Of a DNA stretch of 64,000 nucleotides, positions 1 to 16,649 are shown in pieces. Origin of the DNA: the human T2T-CHM13v2.0 reference genome, Homo sapiens; NCBI RefSeq assembly GCF_009914755.1, contig NC_060947.1; one strand, 5' to 3'. Made by a program: the position numbers and the translations under genes. Each line of letters begins with the position of its first letter. Position 1 is the stretch's first letter. Below the pieces are notes generated by a model that worked only from the letters and a program-made list of their open reading frames with translations, made no database searches and was not told the origin of the DNA.

Positions 1-1213
1 TGTGAGAGACTGTTAGGTTCACAGCAGTGTGGCAGGCACAAAGAAATATAATTGTAGTGGTGTCTGCAGGAGGCTGGTGCCTAGTGAACACGGTGGTACA
101 CAGTGGAAGCAGCCATGGTGCCCAGTGGGGGACATTGGTGCCTGGCAGGGGACAAGACCAGGAAATGAAGAAAGAAATGGTGTATGCCACATGGTAGCAG
201 AGCTGGACAGCTGACAGGGGCTTATTCATGACCACTAGTGAGATGCTGCTTGGAGACTTCCAGCAAAACTTGAGAGGTACTTTGCAGGAGGGCAGCGTTT
301 CACAGGAGAAGATGAAGAGATGAAGACAAAAGTCATGGAGGTATAGATTCTGTGACCCTGTTGTACCCATAGGCTGAAAAAACCTGAGGAAATTAAGGTT
401 ACAGAATCAATTGCTGTAAGAGACACGACTCCCACCCTTGGGGGCTTTCATACACATCTTAGGGACTTGCTCACATGGCAATAACAGAAGGATTATAAAA
501 AGTATAAATGAGGAGTTGGAGGAGTTTCATGAGGAAGGCATTGCTGGAAGAATAAGTGGGTCCTCATAGGGGTGCAGGTGGGTATTCAGGAATGAGTAGT
601 GGTCTCAGAGCTGGAAAGGCAGAAAGGGCCTTCCAAGTGGGGATCCTCATGACCAGAGAAGGTCAGCCTCTCACCATGTGGGGTCCTGGAACTGCAGACT
701 GGGCTAGGCTGTCGGAGGGGTGTCTGACTGCCCAACTTTCCTCTGAAGGAGCTGAGATGTGTGTCACAGAACAGAAACCCCTGAAGACTTTCTGTGACAA
801 AACTACTGGGGATTAAGAGGACCCTCCTGGTATCCTGTCTAGGACAGAGGGAGAGTTTGTGGGCTGGGAAGAGAAACTGCAGGCAGGGAGATCCACTAAA
901 AGGCAACTGCAAAAACTGACAGGTGCAGGGTGAGGAGTGATAAAGGTCTGGACTGCCAGATACAGAAAGTGGAAATAAAAAGAAAGGAAGAGAAAACCAA
1001 GAGAGGTGGGGAGACAGAAATGACAGGACAGGCTGACAGATTGGGACTGGCTCCCAACTGGCTACCAAGAAAGAGGTCAGTCAGACAGAATGAAGAGTTT
1101 GAGCTTAACCAACTGGAAGACAGACTGATGGAAATACAGAGGAGTCCTTGGCATTGGAATTACATTTTTTAGTAAGACTGACAACACACTTTGTTTGTCA
1201 AAACCTCTAAATA

Positions 1214-1563
1214 GCCAGGTGTGGTGGTGCATGCCTATAGCCCTCTGAGGCTGAAGCAGGATGATTGCTTGAGCCAGGAATTCTGGGCTGTAGTGTGGCA
1301 TGCCAATGGGGAGTCTGCACTAAGTTCAGCATCAGTATGGTGGCCTCTTGGGAGCGGGGGACCACAAGGTTGCCTAAAAAAAACGTGAAAGACCCAGGTC
1401 AGAAATGGAGCCAGTCAAAACTCCCATGCTGATCAATGATGGGATCACAACTGTGAATGCCACTGTCTTCCAACCCGGGCAACATAGTGAGACCCCCACC
1501 TCAAAAGAAAAAAAAGAAAGAGAGAGAGAAAAAAAAGGAAAGAAGGAAAGAAAGAAAAAGAAA
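1214..1563 (+). pseudogene. Processed 7SL (SRP RNA) pseudogene, RN7SL-P type, with A-rich tail
   Basis: Alu-like 5' end, then the 7SL S-domain that Alus lack (gtctgcactaagttcagcatcagtatggtg...gggaccacaaggttgcctaa...gtcaaaactcccatgctgatcaat), then an Alu-like 3' end. A-rich tail 1503-1563. Imperfect TSD aaaacctctaaata / aaaactactaaata. Confidence 0.93.
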
Positions 1564-1699
1564 ACTACTAAATAGAGTTCAGTCTTCCCTTCTACCTTTC
1601 TTTTTTCTCCTCTTCCCCCGCAACACTACAAATCTGGTCCTTGTTAAATTTCCACAATTTATAAACACATGTTGGTATTTTAGTTTTTACCACAAATGA

Positions 1700-2070
1700 G
1701 AGCATGATATACATACCGTCTTGCAACTTACTTTGATTAACAATATATCATGGATATCTTTCAGTGTCATTTCATATGGATCTTCCTCAGTTTTTTAAAA
1801 CAGCTATGTAGCAGCCCATTGTATGGCTGTACCATCCTTTATTTTACCAGTGCTCCATCGGTACACATTTATGTTGTTTCCAAATGTATCTTTTTATAAC
1901 CAATGATTCCATTAACACCATATTCATACACTTGGGCAACTATTATAGGATAAATTCTTAGAAAAGCAATTGCTGGGTCAAAAGACATGCACAATTTAAT
2001 ATCATTTGATACATATTGCAAAACTGCTCTCTGGAATGTTTATCTGATTTAATTCTTCTACTAACAGGTT
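1700..2070 (-). mobile_element. Old L1 (L1ME/MC-type) 3' fragment
   Basis: Antisense L1 3'-end motifs (cccattgtatggctgtaccat, tgttgtttccaa, taggataaattcttagaaaagcaattgctgggtcaaa), recognised from memory. Confidence 0.6.
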
Positions 2071-2559
2071 AATCAAGACCTCTTCGTGCATGTCTGTGGC
2101 AATTTGTCAACCTGTTCTTTCTACAACTGCAATAAATACTAGTTTGCCACATTGGAAGAGATTATATTAGTCAACAGATCCTAATGAATGAAGGGTTTCT
2201 TAATTAAAATAACCAGAAAGTCATTACTTGTAAATATATAAACAAGTTGATTATAGCAAGAGGCTGAATACTTCTAATAAGCATGTGTGGATATTAAATT
2301 AACCATGGTTCACAAACCATCCATGGATGCATTGGATGCATGGTTGATTGGAAATAACCACTTCACAGTGGTTACCCGATTCCTGTCTGCCAACTGCCAA
2401 ATGGCATTCCTGTTTGTAAGATTGTTATGGTTTGACATAACTCATGATATTTCCTAACACATGTATGTGTCAAGTAAAATCATTTTTTCCTCTCATAGGT
2501 ATTTAATAAATTAAAATACTTAATGGAGGATTAGGAAACTACCTCTTCTTTTCTTTTTG

Positions 2560-2880
2560 ATTCAGCAGATATTTGTTGAACATGTACAATATACTAGGAA
2601 GTTACCTTGCTAATTGCTTCAGATAATACATGGAGGAGTAAAACCCGATTTTTGCCCTCAAGGTGCTCATAGGGGCAGACAAGAATATAGGATGAATATG
2701 AAAATAAATATAAAAATGGCTATAAAACTGAGGCAGAAGGAGAACAGTGCTTAAAGATGAGCACAAAGAAACGATGAAAATTCAAAACAGAGAAAACGCA
2801 TCTGCTTAATGGAAAAGTAAGGAAAGGCTTCATTGAGGGAGAAGCATGTAAGAAGGGATTTCAAGAATGGGTAGGACTTG
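2560..2880 (-). mobile_element. L2 fragment
   Basis: ttcagcagatatttgttgaac end motif, plus tttgccctcaaggtgctcatag and aggaaaggcttcattgagg, typical of antisense L2. Confidence 0.5.
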
Positions 2881-2899
2881 TTCACTTAAGCACTTTCTT

Positions 2900-3228
2900 T
2901 TGGAATGTCCAAGACCAAGCTGTGGGAAGGTGAGGCTACAAAGAGAGTCCACATATAGATGCTTCTGTCAATGGCCCAGCAGAGCAGATCTTGCTAGTTA
3001 ACCTAGCCCAGGTGCCAAACATGAGCGAAATTTCCAGCAGGGCAATTTCCAATGAGTGAAGACACCTCTGGACATTTCCAGCTTCCAGTCATTGAATCAC
3101 CCCAGCCATTCAAGTCTTACCAGCTGAAGTTCCTGACATTGTAGAGCAGATACAAGTCATCCCTGCTATGACATGTCTGTATTTCTGACTCACAAGATCC
3201 ATGAGGCTTAAAAAATTGTTGTTTTATT
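2900..3228 (+). mobile_element. MLT1-family (MaLR) LTR 3' part
   Basis: cccagccattcaagtcttaccagctgaagttcctgacattgtagagcagatacaagtcatccctgct...aaattgttgtttt resembles the 3' half of MLT1H-K. Confidence 0.6.
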
Positions 3229-3440
3229 TTAAAAAATGGGTAGGATTCCACAGGTAAGCTGGAGATAGGGAGAACATTTCTAGCAAAAGAAACTACATAA
3301 GCTGAGGGGAAGCATGACTATGCCCACAGAACAAAAAACAATCCAGAACAGTCCAGGTGGGCTGGCATCAAGGATTTGAGGACAGGTAGAGTAAAAGATC
3401 AGACTAGATCTGAGAATAAAAAACATTACATGGCAAGTGA

Positions 3441-3835
<395 letters not shown>

Positions 3836-4164
3836 TAGGGCTCAGAACATGATGCCCACAATATGGCATCTTGGCAATTGAGAAAAACACAGAAGCAAGA
3901 AGGTCAGTCTGATCTTCTCCCACCTTTCTCCCCTAAAGCATTGTCATAAATTCTCTGACCTACCTTGCTTGAAATTGGGTCATAAGACCCTTAATCCAGA
4001 GGGATCCTGCCCTGTAACTAAAAGCCAAGAAGAATCTGAACAAACAGGCCTTGCTAAGTTCCCTCCAGTGTATTCACATTAGATCAGAACCTCCTTTTGT
4101 CCAATCATACTCCTGCATGACTGTCCATTCTTCATAGAACCTAAGCATAAAAATACAGTTTTCC

Positions 4165-4480
<316 letters not shown>

Positions 4481-4509
4481 AAAATACAGTTTTCCTTGGG
4501 TGTTTGGAT

Positions 4510-4733
4510 CTTCTTCTCCTCCTTCTTCTTCCTCTTCCTCTTCTTCCTTTTTCCCTTCCTCTTCTTCTCCTTCTACTTCTTTTTTTGAGACAGGGTCTCG
4601 CCCTGTCACCTGGGTTGTGGTGTAGTGGCGTGACCGCCGGTTACTGAAGCCTCAAACTCCTGGGACTCACGCGATCCTCCCGCTTCGGCTTCCCAAAGTG
4701 CTGGCACTACAGGCGTAAGCCACCATACCTGCC
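4510..4733 (-). mobile_element. Alu monomer (FRAM-like or arm-recombined AluJ) with (CTT)n-expanded tail
   Basis: Single ~150-bp arm with a left-arm-type 5' end and right-arm-type 3' end. Pyrimidine microsatellite 4510-4586. Confidence 0.8.
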
Positions 4734-5283
4734 CATGTCTTCATTTCTGAAGTCTTCCATGTTATGTAAGGCTTTGTTTAAATAAAATTTTTGTGAGTTT
4801 TCTCTTGTTAATCAGTCTTTGGTAACGAAGGTATCAGCCATGAATCTTTTGATGGATGAGGAAAATATATTACTTTTTCTCCCCAACAATATTAATAAAA
4901 GTTTGGGAAAATTAAATTTCATATTGCCTTCTTTTTGCAATGCATTTTTTAAATTAATAAAAACTTCAACCTGTCATTCATTTAACAAATATTTGTTGAA
5001 TGCCTCTATAAATATAAAATTACTAAGTTTGTTTAAATTATCTTCTAAGTTTAAATCAGCTATTTGAGTTTATCCTTTACATAAATTTGTGTGATGCCTA
5101 ATATGAAAATATTTTTGTTTTCCACCTAGTTATGTGGCTATGTAAGCACTTTTAGAACTTTTGTGCTAAAATTCAAAAACATATAATACATAAAATAGCA
5201 TACTTGCAAATAATGATATAATGAATTTGAAATTTGTCCCAGAATAGCAAATTTTCTCCTTAAGTTAAAAAAGTTCCGCTTCT

Positions 5284-5520
5284 GTTTATTAAGTATTTAC
5301 TATTTCAATGTGCCAGGCACTGTGCTAAGTAATTTATGTGCACTATCTAATTTGAAACTCACAGCAACCTCAGGAGGTAGGTTAGGTACTATTAACAGGA
5401 AAGTAAGGTCAAAGTCCTTTGAGTTATCTGCCCAGGGTCATCCAACCAGTAAGTTGGATTCAAACAAAAACAGAGTCCCTAAAAGGCATCCTGAGCCTCA
5501 GGTACTGTGCTCCTTACCAC
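5284..5520 (-). mobile_element. MIR
   Basis: tttattaagtatttact...tgtgccaggcactgtgctaag...tgcccagggtca antisense MIR pattern. Confidence 0.75.
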
Positions 5521-6304
5521 TTTTAATTACTTAAAATCACAGCCTGTCTTTGTGGGAAAGAACTTCAGAAGTATCTAATATAACTTAAACTAGAGAGACA
5601 GGTGTTAGTAACATGATAGAAGGATGCTAAAGACAACTTTGTTTCTTAAAAATTCCTCTGCATTACTTGGTACCCTTTACCAAGCAATGCAGAGGAACTG
5701 TGTGGTCTCGAGAGTGTGGAGTGTATAAATATTACATTTCTATCACTGCCCTCCTTTTGATCCCATATGTAGACAATGGGGAGTGTCACATCAGAAAAGG
5801 AAAACAGATGCCCCAGCCTTCTGGCCAGAGGACTGTGAAGGAGGGCCCCAGAGAGACAGAAAATTGTCAAGGAGATCACCAAGAGGACGGAGCTCAAGGG
5901 AAAGCTCCTGTAAAGGGGTTTGTGAGCTACTGGGCACATCTCTGAGTTGCAAACCAAAGAAAGACTTTAAGAGCTAAACTATGGACCATTGCCTAGTCAC
6001 ACACAGACTGGCCATTAGTAGTGTATATGCAGGACAGACCCAAATAACACCATGAACACTCTGAAAATTAAACTGACACTGGAACCACAACCCACAGATA
6101 TTTGTTTGGAACTTGAAGCCTAAACCTAACCAGATGTCTTACCTTCTAAAGTAAACAACAACAACAACAACAAAACACAGAGGGAATGTGGGAGCAAGAT
6201 GGCTGAATAGAAGCCTACACCGTTTGTCCTCCCCAAGGAAAATACGAAATTTTGACAACTAACTGCACACAAAAAGCACCATTATAATAACCAAGATTAG
6301 GTGA

Positions 6305-6629
<325 letters not shown>

Positions 6630-8486
6630 CACAGTACCTAGTTTTAACTTCATATCGCTGAAAGAGACATTGAAGAGGGCCCGAAAGACAGTCTTGAATT
6701 GCCAATGTCACCCCTCCCCTATCCTGTGGCAGCAACCCTGTGGCATGGACATTCTGTGTACTTGGGAGAGGGAGAGCACAGAGATTGTGAGGCTTTGCAT
6801 TGAACTCAGTGGTGCCCTGTCACAGCGGAAAGTAGAACCAAGCAGTATTAGTTCACATCTGCCCACAGAGGGAGAATTTGGACTGGCCCTAGACAGTGGG
6901 GAGTCTCCCATCCCAGTGGTCAGAGCTTCAGCTCTGGCAAGCCTGAATGTGGTCTGGAGTGCTCTAGGGCCCTACGTGAATGTGAGGGGCAGTCCAATCT
7001 ACAAAGACTCCAAGTCCTAGTGCTGAGCTGGGCTCAGAGTCAGTGGACTGTGGGGGTGGGGGCATGCAACCTACTGAGGCAGCTGGGGCAGCTAAGGGAG
7101 TGTTTGTGCCACTCCTCGCTTGGCAGCGGCCGTGTGGAGAAATCTCTGCTTGAGAGACAGCAAGCGACTGGGGGACTTTACATTGAACTCAGTGCTGCCC
7201 AATTACAGCAGAGACCTGGCAGGATTAATCAGCTGTTGACTAAAGAGCCCCTGAGCTCTGGATAACAAACCAACAGCAATACCCAGGTAATATGCTGTGG
7301 GTGTTGAGCTCTGAGAAATGCTGGCTTCAGGTCTGACCCAGCACATTCCAAGCTGTGGTGCCTGCAGTGAAACTCTCCTTCTATTTGAGAAAAGCATGGG
7401 GTAAAGTAAAGGGGACTCCATCTTGCACCTTAGGTACCAGCTCAGCCATAGTAGGGTAGAGCAGCAAATAGGCTCTTGGGGACTCTGAGTCCAGTCTATG
7501 TTTAGGCACTTAGTCAGCATTTGTGGACCTTCCCTGGGACAGAGGGGAGCCCACTGCTCTGAAGGGTGAGTGCCAGGCCTGGCAGCATTTATCACCAGCT
7601 GACTTAAGGGCCCTGGGACTTTAAGTGAATGTTGGCAGTAGGCTGGCAGAACCCGTGTGTCGCTGGTCATGGTGACCACAAGGAGAGGCTCCTCTGCCTG
7701 TGGAAATGGGAAGAAAGAGTGGGAAGGACCTTGTCTTGTGGTCTGAGTGCCAGCTTAGCTGCAGTAGATTAGAACACCAAGCAAATTTCTAAGGTTTTTG
7801 ACTTCAATCCTTGGCTCCCAGACAGCATCTCTGGACTCACCTGGGGCCAAGAGGAACTCATTGCCCTGAAGGGAGGGATACAAACCTGGTAGGCTTTGCC
7901 CTCTGCTGATCTTAAAACCCTAGGGCCTTGAGTGAACTTAGGTGGTAGCTAGGTCATGGTTACAGTGGGCCTTGGGTGAGAACTAGTGCTGGGCTGGCTT
8001 CTGGTTTGAACCAGTGCAGTCCCAGTGGTGGTGGCCACAGGAGTCTTTGTATCCCCCCACCTCCAGTTCCATGAGGCCCAGCACAGAGAGACTACATTTG
8101 TTTGGGAGAAAGTAAGGGAAAAGAACAAGTGTCTCTGCATGGTAATCCAGGAATTCTTTTGGACATTATCCAGTATCACCAAGGCATTACCTATATGAAT
8201 CAACTCAAGAACCAGAGTTATTGGGATTGGGGCCCAAGTCCCTTAGAATACCTGGAAGCCTTCCAAAGAAGGACAGGCACAAACAAGCCCAGACTGCAAA
8301 GACTACAATAAATGCCGAATTCTTCAATGCCCAGACACTGTCAAACATCCGTAAGTGTTAAGACCACCCAGGAAAACATGACCTCACCAAACAAACCTAA
8401 TAAGGCACCAGGGACCAATCCTAGAGAAACAAGGATATGTGACCTTTCAGACAGACAATTCAAAATAGCCATTTCGAGGAAACTAA

Positions 8487-9076
<590 letters not shown>

Positions 9077-9867
9077 CTAGAGTAGAAAAATGCAACTGAC
9101 ATGCTGAAGAATGCATCAGAGTCTCTTAATGGCAGAATTGATTTAGCAGAAGAAAGAATTATGAGCTTGAAGACAGGCTATTTGAAAATACACAGTCAGA
9201 GGAGACATAAGAAAAAAGAATAAAAAACAATGAAGCATGGCCTACAAGTTCTAGGAAATAGCCCCAAAAGGGAAAATTTAAGAGTTATTGGTCTTAAATA
9301 GGAGGTAGAGAAAGATACATGGGTAGACAGTTTATTCAAAAGGATAACATCAGAGAACTTCTCAAACCTAGAGAAAGATATCAGCATTCAAGTACAAGAA
9401 GTTTATAGAACACCAAGCAGATTTAACTCAAAGAAGACTACCTCAAGACATTTAATAATCAAACTCCCAAAGGCCAAGGATAAAGAAAGGATCCTAAAAG
9501 CAGCAGGAGAAAAGAAACAAATAACATACAATGGAGCTCCAATACATCTGGTAGCAGACTTTTCAGTGGAAACCTTACAGACCAGTAGAGAGTGGCATGA
9601 CATACTTAAAGTACTGAAGGAAAAAATTTTACCTTGTATATCCAGAGAAAATATCCTTTAAGCATGAAGAAATGGAGACCTTCCTAGACAAACAAAAGCT
9701 GAGGGATTTCATCAACACCAGACTTGTCCTGCCAGAAATGCTAAAGGGAGTTCTCCAATCTGAAAAAGGACATCAATGAGCAATAAGAAATCATCTGAAG
9801 GTACACAACTGGTATTATCACTAGTAATAATAGTAAGTACACACACACAGAACACAGAATATTATAA

Positions 9868-10297
<430 letters not shown>

Positions 10298-10509
10298 TAA
10301 AATATTCTTAAGTAGAAAGACTAAATGATGGACCAATAAAAAATAATGACTACAACAACCTTTCAAGACATAGACAGTACAATAAGATATAAAGAGAACA
10401 ATAAAAAGTTAAAAAGCAGGGAGAATGAAGTTAAGATGTAGAGTTTTCGTTAGTTTTCTTTTTGCTTGTTTGTTTATGCAATCAGTGTTAAGCTGTTATC
10501 AGTTTAAAA

Positions 10510-10562
10510 CATGGTAACCTCATAAGCCTCATGGTAACCTCATAAGCCTCATGGTAACCTCA
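10510..10562. repeat. 20-bp tandem repeat (catggtaacctcataagcct) x2.6
   Basis: Directly visible perfect copies. Confidence 0.95.
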
Positions 10563-10861
10563 AATTTAAAAACATTCAATGGATACACAAAAAATAAAAA
10601 GCAAGAAATTAAACCATACCACCAGAAAAAAATCACCTTCACTAAAAGAAGGCAGGAAGGAAAGAAGAAAGAGAAGACAAAAACAAAACAAAACAAAAAG
10701 ACAACCAGAAAACAAATAACAAAATGGCAGGAGTAAGTCCTTAATTATCAATAACAACATTGACTGGAAATGAACTAAACTCTCCAATCAAAAGACATAG
10801 GGTAGCTAAGTGGATACAACAACAAGACCCATTGATCTCTTGCTTACAAGAAACACATTTC

Positions 10862-11163
10862 AGCCAGGCATGGTGGCTCACACCTGTAATCCCAGCACTT
10901 TGGGAGGCCAAGGAGGGCAGATCACGAGGTCAGGAGTTTGAGGCCAGCTTGGCCAATATGGTGAAACCCCGTCTTTACTAAAAAAAAAAAAAAAAAAATT
11001 AGCTAGGCGTGATGGCACGTGCCTGTAGTCCCAGCTACGTGGGAGGCTGAGACAGAAGAATCACTTGAACCAGGGAGGCAGAGGTCTCAGTGAGCCGAGA
11101 TTGCGCCACTGCACTCCAGCCTGGGTGACAGAGCAAGACTCCGTCTCAAAAAAAAAAAAAAAA
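10862..11163 (+). mobile_element. AluSg in L1 ORF2
   Basis: gatcacgaggtcaggagtt diagnostic. TSD aagaaacacatttc. Confidence 0.95.
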
Positions 11164-12009
11164 AAGAAACACATTTCACCTATAAAGATACACATATACT
11201 GAAGATAAAGAAATGGAAAAAATTTTTCATGCCAATGGAAACAAAAAAATAGCAGAAGTTAATAAATAATAAAGATTAGAGCAGAAACAAATTAATTTTT
11301 AATGAAGAAACCAATGTAGAAGATCAGTGAAATGAAAAGTAGTGTTTTTTTAAAAAGATAAATAAAATTGACAAACCTTTAGCCATACCAAGAAAAAAAA
11401 GAGAGAATACCCAAATAAATAACATCAGAGATGAAAAACGTGACATTACGACTGATACTGCAGAAATGCAAGGGATCATTAGTGGCCAATTCCAACTATA
11501 TGCCAGCAAGTTGGAAAAGCTAGAGGAAATGGATAAATTCCCAGATACATATAACCTACCAAGACTGAACCATGAAGAAATCCAAAACCTGAACATACCA
11601 ATAACAGGTAACGAGATCAAAGCCATAATAAAAATTATCTCAGTAAAGAAAAGCACAGGACTTGATGGCTTCACTGGTGAATTCTATCAAACATTTAAAG
11701 AAGAACTAATACCAATCCTACTGAAGCTATTCTGAAAAAATGCAAGAGAAGGGAATACTTCCAAACTCATTCTACAAGGCCAGTATTACCTTGATACTAA
11801 AACCAGACAAAGACTCATCAAAAAAAAAAAAAAAAAAAAAAAAGAAGAAGAAAGAAAACTACAGGCCAATATCTCTGATGGGTATTGATGCAAAAATCCT
11901 CAACAAAATACTAGCAAATCAAATTCAACAATACATTAAGAAGATCATTTATCATGACCAAGTGGGATTTATCTCATTGATACAAGAATGGCTCAACATA
12001 TGTAAATCA

Positions 12010-12357
<348 letters not shown>

Positions 12358-12618
12358 TCATACTGAATGGGGAAAAACCTTTTCTCTAAGATCTGGAACA
12401 CCACAAGGATGTCCACTTTCCCCACTGTTATTCAACATAGTTTTGGTAATCCTAGGTAGAGCAATCAGACAAAAGAAGGAAATGGCATAAAATTTGGAAA
12501 GGTAAATGTCAAATTATCCTCATTAGCAGATAATATGATAGGATCTTATATTTGGACAATCCTAAAGACTCCACCAAAAACCAGAAGTGATAAACAAATT
12601 CAGTAAAGTTGTGGGATA

Positions 12619-13070
<452 letters not shown>

Positions 13071-14108
13071 CTACAATGAAAACTATAAAACACTGATGAA
13101 AGAAATTGAAGAGGACAGAAAAAATTGAAAGATGTTCCATGTTCATATATTGGAAGAATCAATATTGTTAAAATATCCATACTACCCAAAGTAATCTACA
13201 AGTTCAATGCAATCCTTATCAAAATACCAATGACATTCTTTACAGAAATAGAAGAGAAAATCCTAAAATTATATGGAACAACAAAAGACCCAGAATAGCC
13301 AAAGGTATTCTAAGCAAAAAGAACAAAACTGGAAGAATCACATTACCTGTCTTCAAATTAGACTACAGAGCTATTGTGACCAAGAAAGCATGGTACTAGC
13401 ATAAAAACAGACCCACAGACTAATGGAACAGAACAGAGAACCCAGAAACAAATCCACACAGCTACAGTGAACTCATTTTCAACAAAAGTGCCAAGAACAT
13501 ACGCTGGAGAAAGGATAGTTTCTTCAATAAATGATGTTTGAAAACTGGACATCCAGTTTGATATCCAGATGAACCTTGACCCCTATCTCTTGCCATATAC
13601 AAAAATCAAATCAAAATGAATTAAAGACTTACACTTATGACCTTTAACTATTAAAATGCTACAAGAAAACATTGGGGAAAGTCTCTAGGACATTGGTCTG
13701 TGCAAAAATTTATTGAGTAATACCCCCATGAGTGCAGGTAACCAAAGCAAAAATGGGCAAATGGGATCATGTCAATTTAAAAAGCTTCTGCACAGCAATG
13801 TAAACAGTCAACAAAGTGAAGAGACTACCCGCAAATGTGAGAAAAAATATTTGCAAAGTACCCATCCAAGAAAAGATTGATAACCAGAATATATAAGGAG
13901 CTCAAACAACTCTATAGGAAAAAATCCAATAATCCAATTAGGAAATGGGCAAAATATTTGAATAGACATTTCTGAAAACAAGACATGTAAATTCCAAATA
14001 GGCATATGAAAGGTTGCTTAACATCATTGATCATCAGAGAAATGCAAATCAAAACTACCATGAGATATCATCTCACCCCAGTTAAAATGGCTTTTTTTTT
14101 TTTTTTTA

Positions 14109-14444
<336 letters not shown>

Positions 14445-15871
14445 TTATCCAAAAGACAGGCAATAACAAGTACTGGAGAGAATGTGAAGAAAAGGGAACC
14501 CTTGTACACTGTTGGTAGGAATGTAAATGAGTACAGCCACTATGGAGAACAGTTTGGAGGATACTCAAAAAACTAAAAATAGAGCTACTATATGATCCAG
14601 CAATCCCAGTCCTAGTTATATACCCCAAAGAAAGGAAATCAGAATATCGAAGAAATACCTGCACTCCCATGTTTGTTGCAGAACTATTCACAATAGCCAA
14701 GGTTTGGAAGCAAACTAAGTGTCCATCAACAGATGATTAGATAAAGAAAATGTGGTACATATACACAATGGCATACTATACAGCCATAAAAAAGTGAGAT
14801 CCTGTCATTTGCAACAACATGTATGGAATTGGAGGTCATCATGTTAAGTAAAATAAGGCAGAGAAAGACAAGCTTCGCATGTTCTCAATTATCTGTGGGA
14901 TTCAAAAATCAAAACAATTGAACTCATGGAGATAGAGAGTAGAAGGATGTTCACCAGAGGCTGGGAAGGTTAGTGGGGGGTGGGGGAGGTGGAAGGGAAG
15001 TGGAGATTGTTAATGGGTACAAAAATATAGTTAGAAAGAATGAATAAAAGCTAGTATTTGATAGCACAACAGGAGGACCATACTCAATAATAATTTAATT
15101 GTACATTTAAAAATAAGCAGAATAATTTAATTGGATTATTTGTAACACAAAGGATAAATGCCTGAGGGGATGGATATCCCATTTTCCATGATGTGATTAG
15201 TACGAATTTCATGCCTGTATCAAAACATCTCACATACACCATAAATATATGCACCTGCACAATATATCTACCTGCACAAAATTTAAAAATAATAATAATT
15301 AAAAAAATAAATAACTTGTTAATATGGAGGTAAAGAAACAACAACAACAAGAACAAAACAGAAACACACAGACACACGTGCACACAAATACAACAGTTTG
15401 CTTGTAAATCAAAGGAGATCTAGAGTCTCATAATATAATTAGAATGTACAGGATGCCATTCAAAATGACTTAGCATGTAAAAAATTAAGAATTTCAACTT
15501 GCAAGTAAAAAAAGCAAAATAATTACCAGATTTCAACCCCAAAGTGACACAGATTTTAGAATTATGACAAATACTTCGATCCATCTATTAGAACCATTGT
15601 CTAATAAATAAAAGCAAATACTCTTCTTCTCTTTTTCTGCCTTTTCTGGTTTTAATTATGCATTTTATATGATTCCATTATCTTCCCTCTCTTAGCATAT
15701 CAATTATATATTTTTTTTTACTTTTTACATTGGTTGTCCTACAGTTCGCAATATGCATTTACAGCTAATCCATTTTCAAATAATACTGTACCGCTTCACA
15801 GGTAGTACTAGTATCTTATAAAGGAGTGTCTTAGTTTTCTGAGGCTGCTATAACAAAGTACCTTGGGCTCG

Positions 15872-16184
<313 letters not shown>

Positions 16185-16345
16185 TAATTTATAAACAATG
16201 AAAATTTATCTCTCACAGTTATGGAGGCTGGGAAGTGCAACATCAAGATGCCAGCATATTCAGTGACTGGTGAGAGCTCATTTCTCAGAGATGGCACCTT
16301 CTGGCTATGTCATATAGCACAAAGGCAAAAGGGGTTCCTCAAGCC

Positions 16346-16649
16346 TTTTTTTTTTTTTTTTTGGACAGTGTCTCACTCTGTCACCCAGGAGCCGGAGTGC
16401 AGTGGTATGATCCTGGCTCACTGCAATCTCCGTCTCCTGGGTTCAAGCGATACTCATGCCTCAGCCTTCCAAGTACCTGGCTGGGACTACAGGCACATGC
16501 CACCACGCCTGGCTAATTTTTGTATTTTTAGTAGAGACGGGGCTTTGCCATGTTGGTCAGGCTGGTCTCAAACTCCTGATCTCAATTGATCCGCCAGCCT
16601 CAGCCTCCCAAAGTTCTGGGATTAAAGGAGTGAGCCACTGTGCCAGGCC
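16346..16649 (-). mobile_element. AluS/Jb
   Basis: Dimer with poly-T. TSD tcaagcct. Confidence 0.93.

Noticed and set aside
762-799. 10-bp inverted repeat tgtcacagaa / ttctgtgaca
   Set aside because: Short, isolated and not clearly beyond chance in 64 kb. No TSD or other structure.
586-1068. 160-aa minus-strand ORF
   Set aside because: Low-complexity S/L/P/F composition reflects the purine-rich plus strand. No homology recognised.
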